Shown: positions 26,224 to 38,200 of the stretch, one piece after another
How positions within the stretch are numbered: the first letter of the stretch is position 1
Layout: every line of letters starts with the position of its first letter
Origin: the human T2T-CHM13v2.0 reference genome, Homo sapiens
NCBI RefSeq assembly: GCF_009914755.1
Contig: NC_060931.1
Strand: one strand, 5' to 3'
DNA: 64,000 nucleotides
The notes under the pieces: model-generated
What the model was told of the DNA's origin: nothing
Databases searched by the model: none
What the model saw: the letters and a program-made list of their open reading frames with translations, nothing else
Translations under genes and position numbers: made by a program

Positions 26224-29200
26224 AATGCTAGACGGAAGAATTCTCAGTAAATTCTTTGTGTTGTGTGCATTCAACTCACAGAGTGGAACGTCCCTTTAGA
26301 CAGAGCAGATTTGAAACACTCTTTTTGCGGAATTTGCAAGTGGAGATTTCTAGCCATTTGATGCCAACAGTAGAATGGGAAATATCTTCAAATAAAAACC
26401 AGACAGAATCATTCTCAGAAAATTCTTTGTGATGTGTGCGTTCAACTCACATAGTTTAAGCTTTCTTTTCATAGAGCAGTTTGGAAACACTCTGTTTGTA
26501 AAGTCTGCAAGTGGATATATGGACCGCATTGAGGCCTTCGTTGGAAACGGGATTTCTTCATTTCATGCTAGACAGAAGAATTCTCAGTAACTTCTTTGTG
26601 CTGTGTGTATTCAACTCACAGAGTGGAACGTCCCTTTGCACAGAGCAGATTTGAAACACTCTTTTTTTGGAGTTTGCAAGTGGAGATTTCAAGCGATTTG
26701 ATGCCAACAGTAGAAAAGGAAATATCTTCAAATAAAAACTAGACAGAATCATTCTCAGAAACTACTTTGTGATGGGTGCCTTCAACTCACAGAGTTTAAC
26801 CTTTCTTTTCTTAGAGCAGTTTAGAAACACTCTGCTTGTTATGTCTGCAAGTGGATATTTGGACCTCTTTGAGGCCTTCGTTGCAAACGGGGTTTCTTCC
26901 TTTCATGCTAGACTAAGAAGAGTTCTCAGTAACTTTTTTGTGTTGTGTGTATTCAACTCACAGAGTTGAACCTTGCTTTAGAGAGAGCAGATTTGAAACA
27001 CTCTTGCTGTGGCATTTTCAGGTGGAGATTTCAAGCGATTTGAGGACAATTGCAGAAAAGGAAATATCTTCGTATAATAACCAGACAGAATCATTCTCAG
27101 AAAGTGCTTTGTGATGTGTGCGTTCAACTCACAGAGTTTAACCTTTCTTTTCATAGAGGAGTTTGGAAACACACTGTTTGTAAAGTCTGCAAGTGGATAT
27201 ATGGACCTGTTTGAGGCCTTCGTTGGAAACGGGATTTCTTCATTGAATGCTAGACGGAAGAATTCTCAGTAAATTCTTTGTGTTGTGTGCATTCAACTCA
27301 CAGAGTGGAACGTCCCTTTAGACAGAGCAGATTTGAAACACTCTTTTTGCGGAATTTGCAAGTGGAGATTTCTAGCCATTTGATGCCAACAGTAGAAAGG
27401 GAAATATCTTCAAATAAAAACCAGACAGAATCATTCTCAGAAAATTCTTTGTGATGTGTGCGTTCAACTCACATAGTTTAACCTTTCTTTTCATAGAGCA
27501 GTTTGGAAACACTCTGTTTGTAAAGTCTGCAATTGGATATATGGACCACATTGAGGCCTTCGTTGGAAACGGGATTTCTTCATTTCATGCTAGACAGAAG
27601 AATTCTCAGTAACTTCTTTGTGCTGTGTGTATTCAACTCACAGAGTGGAACGTCCCTTTGAACAGAGCAGATTTGAAACACTCTTTTTTTGGAGTTTGCA
27701 AGTGGAGATTTCAAGCGATTTGATGCCAACAGTAGAAAAGGAAATATCTTCAAATAAAAACTAGACAGAATCATTCTCAGAAACTACTTTGTGATGTGTG
27801 CCTTCAACTCACAGAGTTTAACCTTTCTTTTCTTAGAGCAGTTTAGAAGCACTCTGCTTGTTATGTCTGCAAGTGGATATTTGGACCTCTTTGAGGCCTT
27901 CGTTGCAAACGGGGTTTCTTCCTTTCATGCTAGACTAAGAAGAGTTCTCAGTAACTTTTTTGTGTTGTGTGTATTCAACTCACAGAGTTGAACCTTGCTT
28001 TAGAGAGAGCAGATTTGAAACACTCTTGCTGTGGCATTTTCAGGTGGAGATTTCAAGCGATTTGAGGACAATTGCAGAAAAGGAAATATCTTCGTATAAT
28101 AACCAGACAGAATCATTCTCAGAAAGTGCTTTGTGATGTGTGCGTTCAACTCACAGAGTTTAACCTTTCTTTTCATAGAGGAGTTTGGAAACACACTGTT
28201 TGTAAAGTCTGCAAGTGGATACATGGACCTGTTTGAGGCCTTCGTTGGAAACGGGATTTCTTCATTGAATGCTAGACGGAAGAATTCTCAGTAAATTCTT
28301 TGTGTTGTGTGCATTCAACTCACAGAGTGGAACGTCCCTTTAGACAGAGCAGATTTGAAACACTCTTTTTGCGGAATTTGCAAGTGGAGATTTCTAGCCA
28401 TTTGATGCCAACAGTAGAAAGGGAAATATCTTCAAATAAAAACCAGACAGAATCATTCTCAGAAAATTCTTTGTGATGTGTGCGTTCAACTCACATAGTT
28501 TAACCTTTCTTTTCATAGAGCAGTTTGGAAACACTCTGTTTGTAAAGTCTGCAAGTGGATATATGGACCGCATTGAGGCCTTCGTTGGAAACGGGATTTC
28601 TTCATTTCATGCTAGACAGAAGAATTCTCAGTAACTTCTTTGTGCTGTGTGTATTCAACTCACAGAGTGGAACGTCCCTTTGCACTGAGCAGATTTGAAA
28701 CACTCTTTTTGTGGAGTTTGCAAGTGGAGATTTCAAGCGATTTGATGCCAACAGTAGAAAAGGAAATATCTTCAAATAAAAACTAGACAGAATCATTCTC
28801 AGAAACTACTTTGTGATGTGTGCCTTCAACTCACAGAGTTTAACCTTTCTTTTCTTAGAGCAGTTTAGAAACACTCTGCTTGTTATGTCTGCAAGTGGAT
28901 ATTTGGACCTCTTTGAGGCCTTCGTTGCAAACGGGGTTTCTTCCTTTCATGCTAGACTAAGAAGAGTTCTCAGTAACTTTTTTGTGTTGTGTGTATTCAA
29001 CTCACAGAGTTGAACCTTGCTTTAGAGAGAGCAGATTTGAAACACTCTTGCTGTGGCATTTTCAGGTGGAGATTTCAAGCGATTTGAGGACAATTGCAGA
29101 AAAGGAAATATCTTCGTATAATAACCAGACAGAATCATTCTCAGAAAGTGCTTTGTGATGTGTGCGTTCAACTCACAGAGTTTAACCTTTCTTTTCATAG

Positions 29201-30038
29201 AGGAGTTTGGAAACACACTGTTTGTAAAATCTGCAAGTGGATACATGGACCTGTTTGAGGCCTTCGTTGGAAACGGGATTTCTTCATTGAATGCTAGACG
29301 GAAGAATTCTCAGTAAATTCTTTGTGTTGTGTGCATTCAACTCACAGAGTGGAACGTCCCTTTAGACAGAGCAGATTTGAAACACTCTTTTTGCGGAATC
29401 TGCAAGTGGAGATTTCTAGCCATTTGATGCCAACAGTAGAAAGGGAAATATCTTCAAATAAAAACCAGACAGAATCATTCTCAGAAAATTCTTTGTGATG
29501 TGTGCGTTCAACTCACATAGTTTAACCTTTCTTTTCATAGAGCAGTTTGGAAACACTCTGTTTGTAAAGTCTGCAAGTGGATATATGGACCGCATTGAGG
29601 CCTTCGTTGGAAACGGGATTTCTTCATTTCATGCTAGACAGAAGAATTCTCAGTAACTTCTTTGTGCTGTGTGTATTCAACTCACAGAGTGGAACGTCCC
29701 TTTGCACAGAGCAGATTTGAAACACTCTTTTTGTGGAGTTTGCAAGTGGAGATTTCAAGCGATTTGATGCCAACAGTAGAAAAGGAAATATCTTCAAATA
29801 AAAACTAGACAGAATCATTCTCAGAAACTACTTTGTGATGTGTGCCTTCAACTCACAGAGTTTAACCTTTCTTTTCTTAGAGCAGTTTAGAAACACTCTG
29901 CTTGTTATGTCTGCAAGTGGATATTTGGACCTCTTTGAGGCCTTCGTTGCAAACGGGGTTTCTTCCTTTCATGCTAGACTAAGAAGAGTTCTCAGTAACT
30001 TTTTTGTGTTGTGTGTATTCAACTCACAGAGTTGAACC

Positions 30039-30581
30039 TTGCTTTAGAGAGAGCAGATTTGAAACACTCTTGCTGTGGCATTTTCAGGTGGAGATTTCAA
30101 GCGATTTGAGGACAATTGCAGAAAAGGAAATATCTTCGTATAATAACCAGACAGAATCATTCTCAGAAAGTGCTTTGTGATGTGTGCGTTCAACTCACAG
30201 AGTTTAACCTTTCTTTTCATAGAGGAGTTTGGAAACACACTGTTTGTAAAGTCTGCAAGTGGATATATGGACCTGTTTGAGGCCTTCGTTGGAAACGGGA
30301 TTTCTTCATTGCTTTAGAGAGAGCAGATTTGAAACACTCTTGCTGTGGCATTTTCAGGTGGAGATTTCAAGCGATTTGAGGACAATTGCAGAAAAGGAAA
30401 TATCTTCGTATAATAACCAGACAGAATCATTCTCAGAAAGTGCTTTGTGATGTGTGCGTTCAACTCACAGAGTTTAACCTTTCTTTTCATAGAGGAGTTT
30501 GGAAACACACTGTTTGTAAAGTCTGCAAGTGGATATATGGACCTGTTTGAGGCCTTCGTTGGAAACGGGATTTCTTCATTG
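30039..30581 (+). repeat. 270-bp direct tandem duplication within a HOR (1292-bp structural-variant HOR), copy 2
   Basis: 30039-30308 is repeated at 30309-30578, with the same junction as at 25951. Confidence 0.97.
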
Positions 30582-33500
30582 AATGCTAGACGGAAGAATT
30601 CTCAGTAAATTCTTTGTGTTGTGTGCATTCAACTCACAGAGTGGAACGTCCCTTTAGACAGAGCAGATTTGAAACACTCTTTTTGCGGAATTTGCAAGTG
30701 GAGATTTCTAGCCATTTGATGCCAACAGTAGAATGGGAAATATCTTCAAATAAAAACCAGACAGAATCATTCTCAGAAAATTCTTTGTGATGTGTGCGTT
30801 CAACTCACATAGTTTAAGCTTTCTTTTCATAGAGCAGTTTGGAAACACTCTGTTTGTAAAGTCTGCAAGTGGATATATGGACCGCATTGAGGCCTTCGTT
30901 GGAAACGGGATTTCTTCATTTCATGCTAGACAGAAGAATTCTCAGTAACTTCTTTGTGCTGTGTGTATTCAACTCACAGAGTGGAACGTCCCTTTGCACA
31001 GAGCAGATTTGAAACACTCTTTTTTTGGAGTTTGCAAGTGGAGATTTCAAGCGATTTGATGCCAACAGTAGAAAAGGAAATATCTTCAAATAAAAACTAG
31101 ACAGAATCATTCTCAGAAACTACTTTGTGATGGGTGCCTTCAACTCACAGAGTTTAACCTTTCTTTTCTTAGAGCAGTTTAGAAACACTCTGCTTGTTAT
31201 GTCTGCAAGTGGATATTTGGACCTCTTTGAGGCCTTCGTTGCAAACGGGGTTTCTTCCTTTCATGCTAGACTAAGAAGAGTTCTCAGTAACTTTTTTGTG
31301 TTGTGTGTATTCAACTCACAGAGTTGAACCTTGCTTTAGAGAGAGCAGATTTGAAACACTCTTGCTGTGGCATTTTCAGGTGGAGATTTCAAGCGATTTG
31401 AGGACAATTGCAGAAAAGGAAATATCTTCGTATAATAACCAGACAGAATCATTCTCAGAAAGTGCTTTGTGATGTGTGCGTTCAACTCACAGAGTTTAAC
31501 CTTTCTTTTCATAGAGGAGTTTGGAAACACACTGTTTGTAAAGTCTGCAAGTGGATATATGGACCTGTTTGAGGCCTTCGTTGGAAACGGGATTTCTTCA
31601 TTGAATGCTAGACGGAAGAATTCTCAGTAAATTCTTTGTGTTGTGTGCATTCAACTCACAGAGTGGAACGTCCCTTTAGACAGAGCAGATTTGAAACACT
31701 CTTTTTGCGGAATTTGCAAGTGGAGATTTCTAGCCATTTGATGCCAACAGTAGAAAGGGAAATATCATCAAATAAAAACCAGACAGAATCATTCTCAGAA
31801 AATTCTTTGTGATGTGTGCGTTCAACTCACATAGTTTAACCTTTCTTTTCATAGAGCAGTTTGGAAACACTCTGTTTGTAAAGTCTGCAAGTGGATATAT
31901 GGACCGCATTGAGGCCTTCGTTGGAAACGGGATTTCTTCATTTCATGCTAGACAGAAGAATTCTCAGTAACTTCTTTGTGCTGTGTGTATTCAACTCACA
32001 GAGTGGAACGTCCCTTTGCACAGAGCAGATTTGAAACACTCTTTTTGTGGAGTTTGCAAGTGGAGATTTCAAGCGATTTGATGCCAACAGTAGAAAAGGA
32101 AATATCTTCAAATAAAAACTAGACAGAATCATTCTCAGAAACTACTTTGTGATGTGTGCCTTCAACTCACAGAGTTCAACCTTTCTTTTCTTAGAGCAGT
32201 TTAGAAACACTCTGCTTGTTATGTCTGCAAGTGGATATTTGGACCTCTTTGAGGCCTTCGTTGCAAACGGGGTTTCTTCCTTTCATGCTAGACTAAGAAG
32301 AGTTCTCAGTAACTTTTTTGTGTTGTGTGTATTCAACTCACAGAGTTGAACCTTGCTTTAGAGAGAGCAGATTTGAAACACTCTTGCTGTGGCATTTTCA
32401 GGTGGAGATTTCAAGCGATTTGAGGACAATTGCAGAAAAGGAAATATCTTCGTATAATAACCAGACAGAATCATTCTCAGAAAGTGCTTTGTGATGTGTG
32501 CGTTCAACTCACAGAGTTTAACCTTTCTTTTCATAGAGGAGTTTGGAAACACACTGTTTGTAAAGTCTGCAAGTGGATATATGGACCTGTTTGAGGCCTT
32601 CGTTGGAAACGGGATTTCTTCATTGAATGCTAGACGGAAGAATTCTCAGTAAATTCTTTGTGTTGTGTGCATTCAACTCACAGAGTGGAACGTCCCTTTA
32701 GACAGAGCAGATTTGAAACACTCTTTTTGCGGAATTTGCAAGTGGAGATTTCTAGCCATTTGATGCCAACAGTAGAAAGGGAAATATCTTCAAATAAAAA
32801 CCAGACAGAATCATTCTCAGAAAATTCTTTGTGATGTGTGCGTTCAACTCACATAGTTTAACCTTTCTTTTCATAGAGCAGTTTGGAAACACTCTGTTTG
32901 TAAAGTCTGCAAGTGGATATATGGACCGCATTGAGGCCTTCGTTGGAAACGGGATTTCTTCATTTCATGCTAGACAGAAGAATTCTCAGTAACTTCTTTG
33001 TGCTGTGTGTATTCAACTCACAGAGTGGAACGTCCCTTTGCACAGAGCAGATTTGAAACACTCTTTTTGTGGAGTTTGCAAGTGGAGATTTCAAGCGATT
33101 TGATGCCAACAGTAGAAAAGGAAATATCTTCAAATAAAAACTAGACAGAATCATTCTCAGAAACTACTTTGTGATGTGTGCCTTCAACTCACAGAGTTTA
33201 ACCTTTCTTTTCTTAGAGCAGTTTAGAAACACTCTGCTTGTTATGTCTGCAAGTGGATATTTGGACCTCTTTGAGGCCTTCGTTGCAAACGGGGTTTCTT
33301 CCTTTCATGCTAGACTAAGAAGAGTTCTCAGTAACTTTTTTGTGTTGTGTGTATTCAACTCACAGAGTTGAACCTTGCTTTAGAGAGAGCAGATTTGAAA
33401 CACTCTTGCTGTGGCATTTTCAGGTGGAGATTTCAAGCGATTTGAGGACAATTGCAGAAAAGGAAATATCTTCGTATAATAACCAGACAGAATCATTCTC

Positions 33501-35269
33501 AGAAAGTGCTTTGTGATGTGTGCGTTCAACTCACAGAGTTTAACCTTTCTTTTCATAGAGGAGTTTGGAAACACACTGTTTGTAAAGTCTGCAAGTGGAT
33601 ACATGGACCTGTTTGAGGCCTTCGTTGGAAACGGGATTTCTTCATTGAATGCTAGACGGAAGAATTCTCAGTAAATTCTTTGTGTTGTGTGCATTCAACT
33701 CACAGAGTGGAACGTCCCTTTAGACAGAGCAGATTTGAAACACTCTTTTTGCGGAATCTGCAAGTGGAGATTTCTAGCCATTTGATGCCAACAGTAGAAA
33801 GGGAAATATCTTCAAATAAAAACCAGACAGAATCATTCTCAGAAAATTCTTTGTGATGTGTGCGTTCAACTCACATAGTTTAACCTTTCTTTTCATAGAG
33901 CAGTTTGGAAACACTCTGTTTGTAAAGTCTGCAAGTGGATATATGGACCGCATTGAGGCCTTCGTTGGAAACGGGATTTCTTCATTTCATGCTAGACAGA
34001 AGAATTCTCAGTAACTTCTTTGTGCTGTGTGTATTCAACTCACAGAGTGGAACGTCCCTTTGCACAGAGCAGATTTGAAACACTCTTTTTGTGGAGTTTG
34101 CAAGTGGAGATTTCAAGCGATTTGATGCCAACAGTAGAAAAGGAAATATCTTCAAATAAAAACTAGACAGAATCATTCTCAGAAACTACTTTGTGATGTG
34201 TGCCTTCAACTCACAGAGTTTAACCTTTCTTTTCTTAGAGCAGTTTAGAAACACTCTGCTTGTTATGTCTGCAAGTGGATATTTGGACCTCTTTGAGGCC
34301 TTCGTTGCAAACGGGGTTTCTTCCTTTCATGCTAGACTAAGAAGAGTTCTCAGTAACTTTTTTGTGTTGTGTGTATTCAACTCACAGAGTTGAACCTTGC
34401 TTTAGAGAGAGCAGATTTGAAACACTCTTGCTGTGGCATTTTCAGGTGGAGATTTCAAGCGATTTGAGGACAATTGCAGAAAAGGAAATATCTTTGTATA
34501 ATAACCAGACAGAATCATTCTCAGAAAGTGCTTTGTGATGTGTGCGTTCAACTCACAGAGTTTAACCTTTCTTTTCATAGAGGAGTTTGGAAACACACTG
34601 TTTGTAAAGTCTGCAAGTGGATATATGGACCTGTTTGAGGCCTTCGTTGGAAACGGGATTTCTTCATTGAATGCTAGACGGAAGAATTCTCAGTAAATTC
34701 TTTGTGTTGTGTGCATTCAACTCACAGAGTGGAACGTCCCTTTAGACAGAGCAGATTTGAAACACTCTTTTTGCGGAATTTGCAAGTGGAGATTTCTAGC
34801 CATTTGATGCCAACAGTAGAAAGGGAAATATCTTCAAATAAAAACCAGACAGAATCATTCTCAGAAAATTCTTTGTGATGTGTGCGTTCAACTCACATAG
34901 TTTAACCTTTCTTTTCATAGAGCAGTTTGGAAACACTCTGTTTGTAAAGTCTGCAAGTGGATATATGGACCGCATTGAGGCCTTCGTTGGAAACGGGATT
35001 TCTTCATTTCATGCTAGACAGAAGAATTCTCAGTAACTTCTTTGTGCTGTGTGTATTCAACTCACAGAGTGGAACGTCCCTTTGCACAGAGCAGATTTGA
35101 AACACTCTTTTTGTGGAGTTTGCAAGTGGAGATTTCAAGCGATTTGATGCCAACAGTAGAAAAGGAAATATCTTCAAATAAAAACTAGACAGAATCATTC
35201 TCAGAAACTACTTTGTGATGTGTGCCTTCAACTCACAGAGTTTAACCTTTCTTTTCTTAGAGCAGTTTA

Positions 35270-35283
35270 TAAACACTGCTTGA
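35270..35283 (+). other. 2-bp deletion with two flanking substitutions, giving a 1020-bp HOR
   Basis: TTTATAAACACTGCTTGATATG versus consensus TTTAGAAACACTCTGCTTGTTATG; ORF-track period 1020 (34402 > 35422). Confidence 0.93.
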
Positions 35284-38200
35284 TATGTCTGCAAGTGGAT
35301 ATTTGGACCTCTTTGAGGCCTTCGTTGCAAACGGGGTTTCTTCCTTTCATGCTAGACTAAGAAGAGTTCTCAGTAACTTTTTTGTGTTGTGTGTATTCAA
35401 CTCACAGAGTTGAACCTTGCTTTAGAGAGAGCAGATTTGAAACACTCTTGCTGTGGCATTTTCAGGTGGAGATTTCAAGCGATTTGAGGACAATTGCAGA
35501 AAAGGAAATATCTTCGTATAATAACCAGACAGAATCATTCTCAGAAAGTGCTTTGTGATGTGTGCGTTCAACTCACAGAGTTTAACCTTTCTTTTCATAG
35601 AGGAGTTTGGAAACACACTGTTTGTAAAGTCTGCAAGTGGATACATGGACCTGTTTGAGGCCTTCGTTGGAAACGGGATTTCTTCATTGAATGCTAGACG
35701 GAAGAATTCTCAGTAAATTCTTTGTGTTGTGTGCATTCAACTCACAGAGTGGAACGTCCCTTTAGACAGAGCAGATTTGAAACCCTCTTTTTGCGGAATT
35801 TGCAAGTGGAGATTTCTAGCCATTTGATGCCAACAGTAGAAAGGGAAATATCTTCAAATAAAAACCAGACAGAATCATTCTCAGAAAATTCTTTGTGATG
35901 TGTGCGTTCAACTCACATAGTTTAACCTTTCGTTTCATAGAGCAGTTTGGAAACACTCTGTTTGTAAAGTCTGCAAGTGGATATATGGACCGCATTGAGG
36001 CCTTCGTTGGAAACGGGATTTCTTCATTTCATGCTGGACAGAAGAATTCTCAGTAACTTCTTTGTGCTGTGTGTATTCAACTCACAGAGTGGAACGTCCC
36101 TTTGCACAGAGCAGATTTGAAACACTCTTTTTGTGGAGTTTGCAAGTGGAGATTTCAAGCGATTTGATGCCAACAGTAGAAAAGGAAATATCTTCAAATA
36201 AAAACTAGACAGAATCATTCTCAGAAACTACTTTGTGATGTGTGCCTTCAACTCACAGAGTTTAACCTTTCTTTTCTTAGAGCAGTTTAGAAACACTCTG
36301 CTTGTTATGTCTGCAAGTGGATATTTGGACCTCTTTGAGGCCTTCGTTGCAAACGGGGTTTCTTCCTTTCATGCTAGACTAAGAAGAGTTCTCAGTAACT
36401 TTTTTGTGTTGTGTGTATTCAACTCACAGAGTTGAACCTTGCTTTAGAGAGAGCAGATTTGAAACACTCTTGCTGTGGCATTTTCAGGTGGAGATTTCAA
36501 GCGATTTGAGGACAATTGCAGAAAAGGAAATATCTTCGTATAATAACCAGACAGAATCATTCTCAGAAAGTGCTTTGTGATGTGTGCGTTCAACTCACAG
36601 AGTTTAACCTTTCTTTTCATAGAGGAGTTTGGAAACACACTGTTTGTAAAGTCTGCAAGTGGATATATGGACCTGTTTGAGGCCTTCGTTGGAAACGGGA
36701 TTTCTTCATTGAATGCTAGACGGAAGAATTCTCAGTAAATTCTTTGTGTTGTGTGCATTCAACTCACAGAGTGGAACGTCCCTTTAGACAGAGCAGATTT
36801 GAAACACTCTTTTTGCGGAATTTGCAAGTGGAGATTTCTAGCCATTTGATGCCAACAGTAGAAAGGGAAATATCTTCAAATAAAAACCAGACAGAATCAT
36901 TCTCAGAAAATTCTTTGTGATGTGTGCGTTCAACTCACATAGTTTAACCTTTCTTTTCATAGAGCAGTTTGGAAACACTCTGTTTGTAAAGTCTGCAAGT
37001 GGATATATGGACCGCATTGAGGCCTTCGTTGGAAACGGGATTTCTTCATTTCATGCTAGACAGAAGAATTCTCAGTAACTTCTTTGTGCTGTGTGTATTC
37101 AACTCACAGAGTGGAACGTCCCTTTGCACAGAGCAGATTTGAAACACTCTTTTTGTGGAGTTTGCAAGTGGAGATTTCAAGCGATTTGATGCCAACAGTA
37201 GAAAAGGAAATATCTTCAAATAAAAACTAGACAGAATCATTCTCAGAAACTACTTTGTGATGTGTGCCTTCAACTCACAGAGTTTAACCTTTCTTTTCTT
37301 AGAGCAGTTTAGAAACACTCTGCTTGTTATGTCTGCAAGTGGATATTTGGACCTCTTTGAGGCCTTCGTTGCAAACGGGGTTTCTTCCTTTCATGCTAGA
37401 CTAAGAAGAGTTCTCAGTAACTTTTTTGTGTTGTGTGTATTCAACTCACAGAGTTGAACCTTGCTTTAGAGAGAGCAGATTTGAAACACTCTTGCTGTGG
37501 CATTTTCAGGTGGAGATTTCAAGCGATTTGAGGACAATTGCAGAAAAGGAAATATCTTCGTATAATAACCAGACAGAATCATTCTCAGAAAGTGCTTTGT
37601 GATGTGTGCGTTCAACTCACAGAGTTTAACCTTTCTTTTCATAGAGGAGTTTGGAAACACACTGTTTGTAAAGTCTGCAAGTGGATACATGGACCTGTTT
37701 GAGGCCTTCGTTGGAAACGGGATTTCTTCATTGAATGCTAGACGGAAGAATTCTCAGTAAATTCTTTGTGTTGTGTGCATTCAACTCACAGAGTGGAACG
37801 TCCCTTTAGACAGAGCAGATTTGAAACACTCTTTTTGCGGAATTTGCAAGTGGAGATTTCTAGCCATTTGATGCCAACAGTAGAAAGGGAAATATCTTCA
37901 AATAAAAACCAGACAGAATCATTCTCAGAAAATTCTTTGTGATGTGTGCGTTCAACTCACATAGTTTAACCTTTCTTTTCATAGAGCAGTTTGGAAACAC
38001 TCTGTTTGTAAAGTCTGCAAGTGGATATATGGACCGCATTGAGGCCTTCGTTGGAAACGGGATTTCTTCATTTCATGCTAGACAGAAGAATTCTCAGTAA
38101 CTTCTTTGTGCTGTGTGTATTCAACTCACAGAGTGGAACGTCCCTTTGCACAGAGCAGATTTGAAACACTCTTTTTGTGGAGTTTGCAAGTGGAGATTTC

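Larger units (their letters stand above)
22533..31766 (+). repeat. Tandem duplication of a 4358-bp unit (4 HORs + 270-bp insertion)
   Basis: About eleven rare variants and the 270-bp insertion all recur at +4358, e.g. 23175/27533, 23303/27661, 23491/27849, 24328/28686, 24871/29229, 26376/30734, 26460/30818, 26775/31133. Confidence 0.95.
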
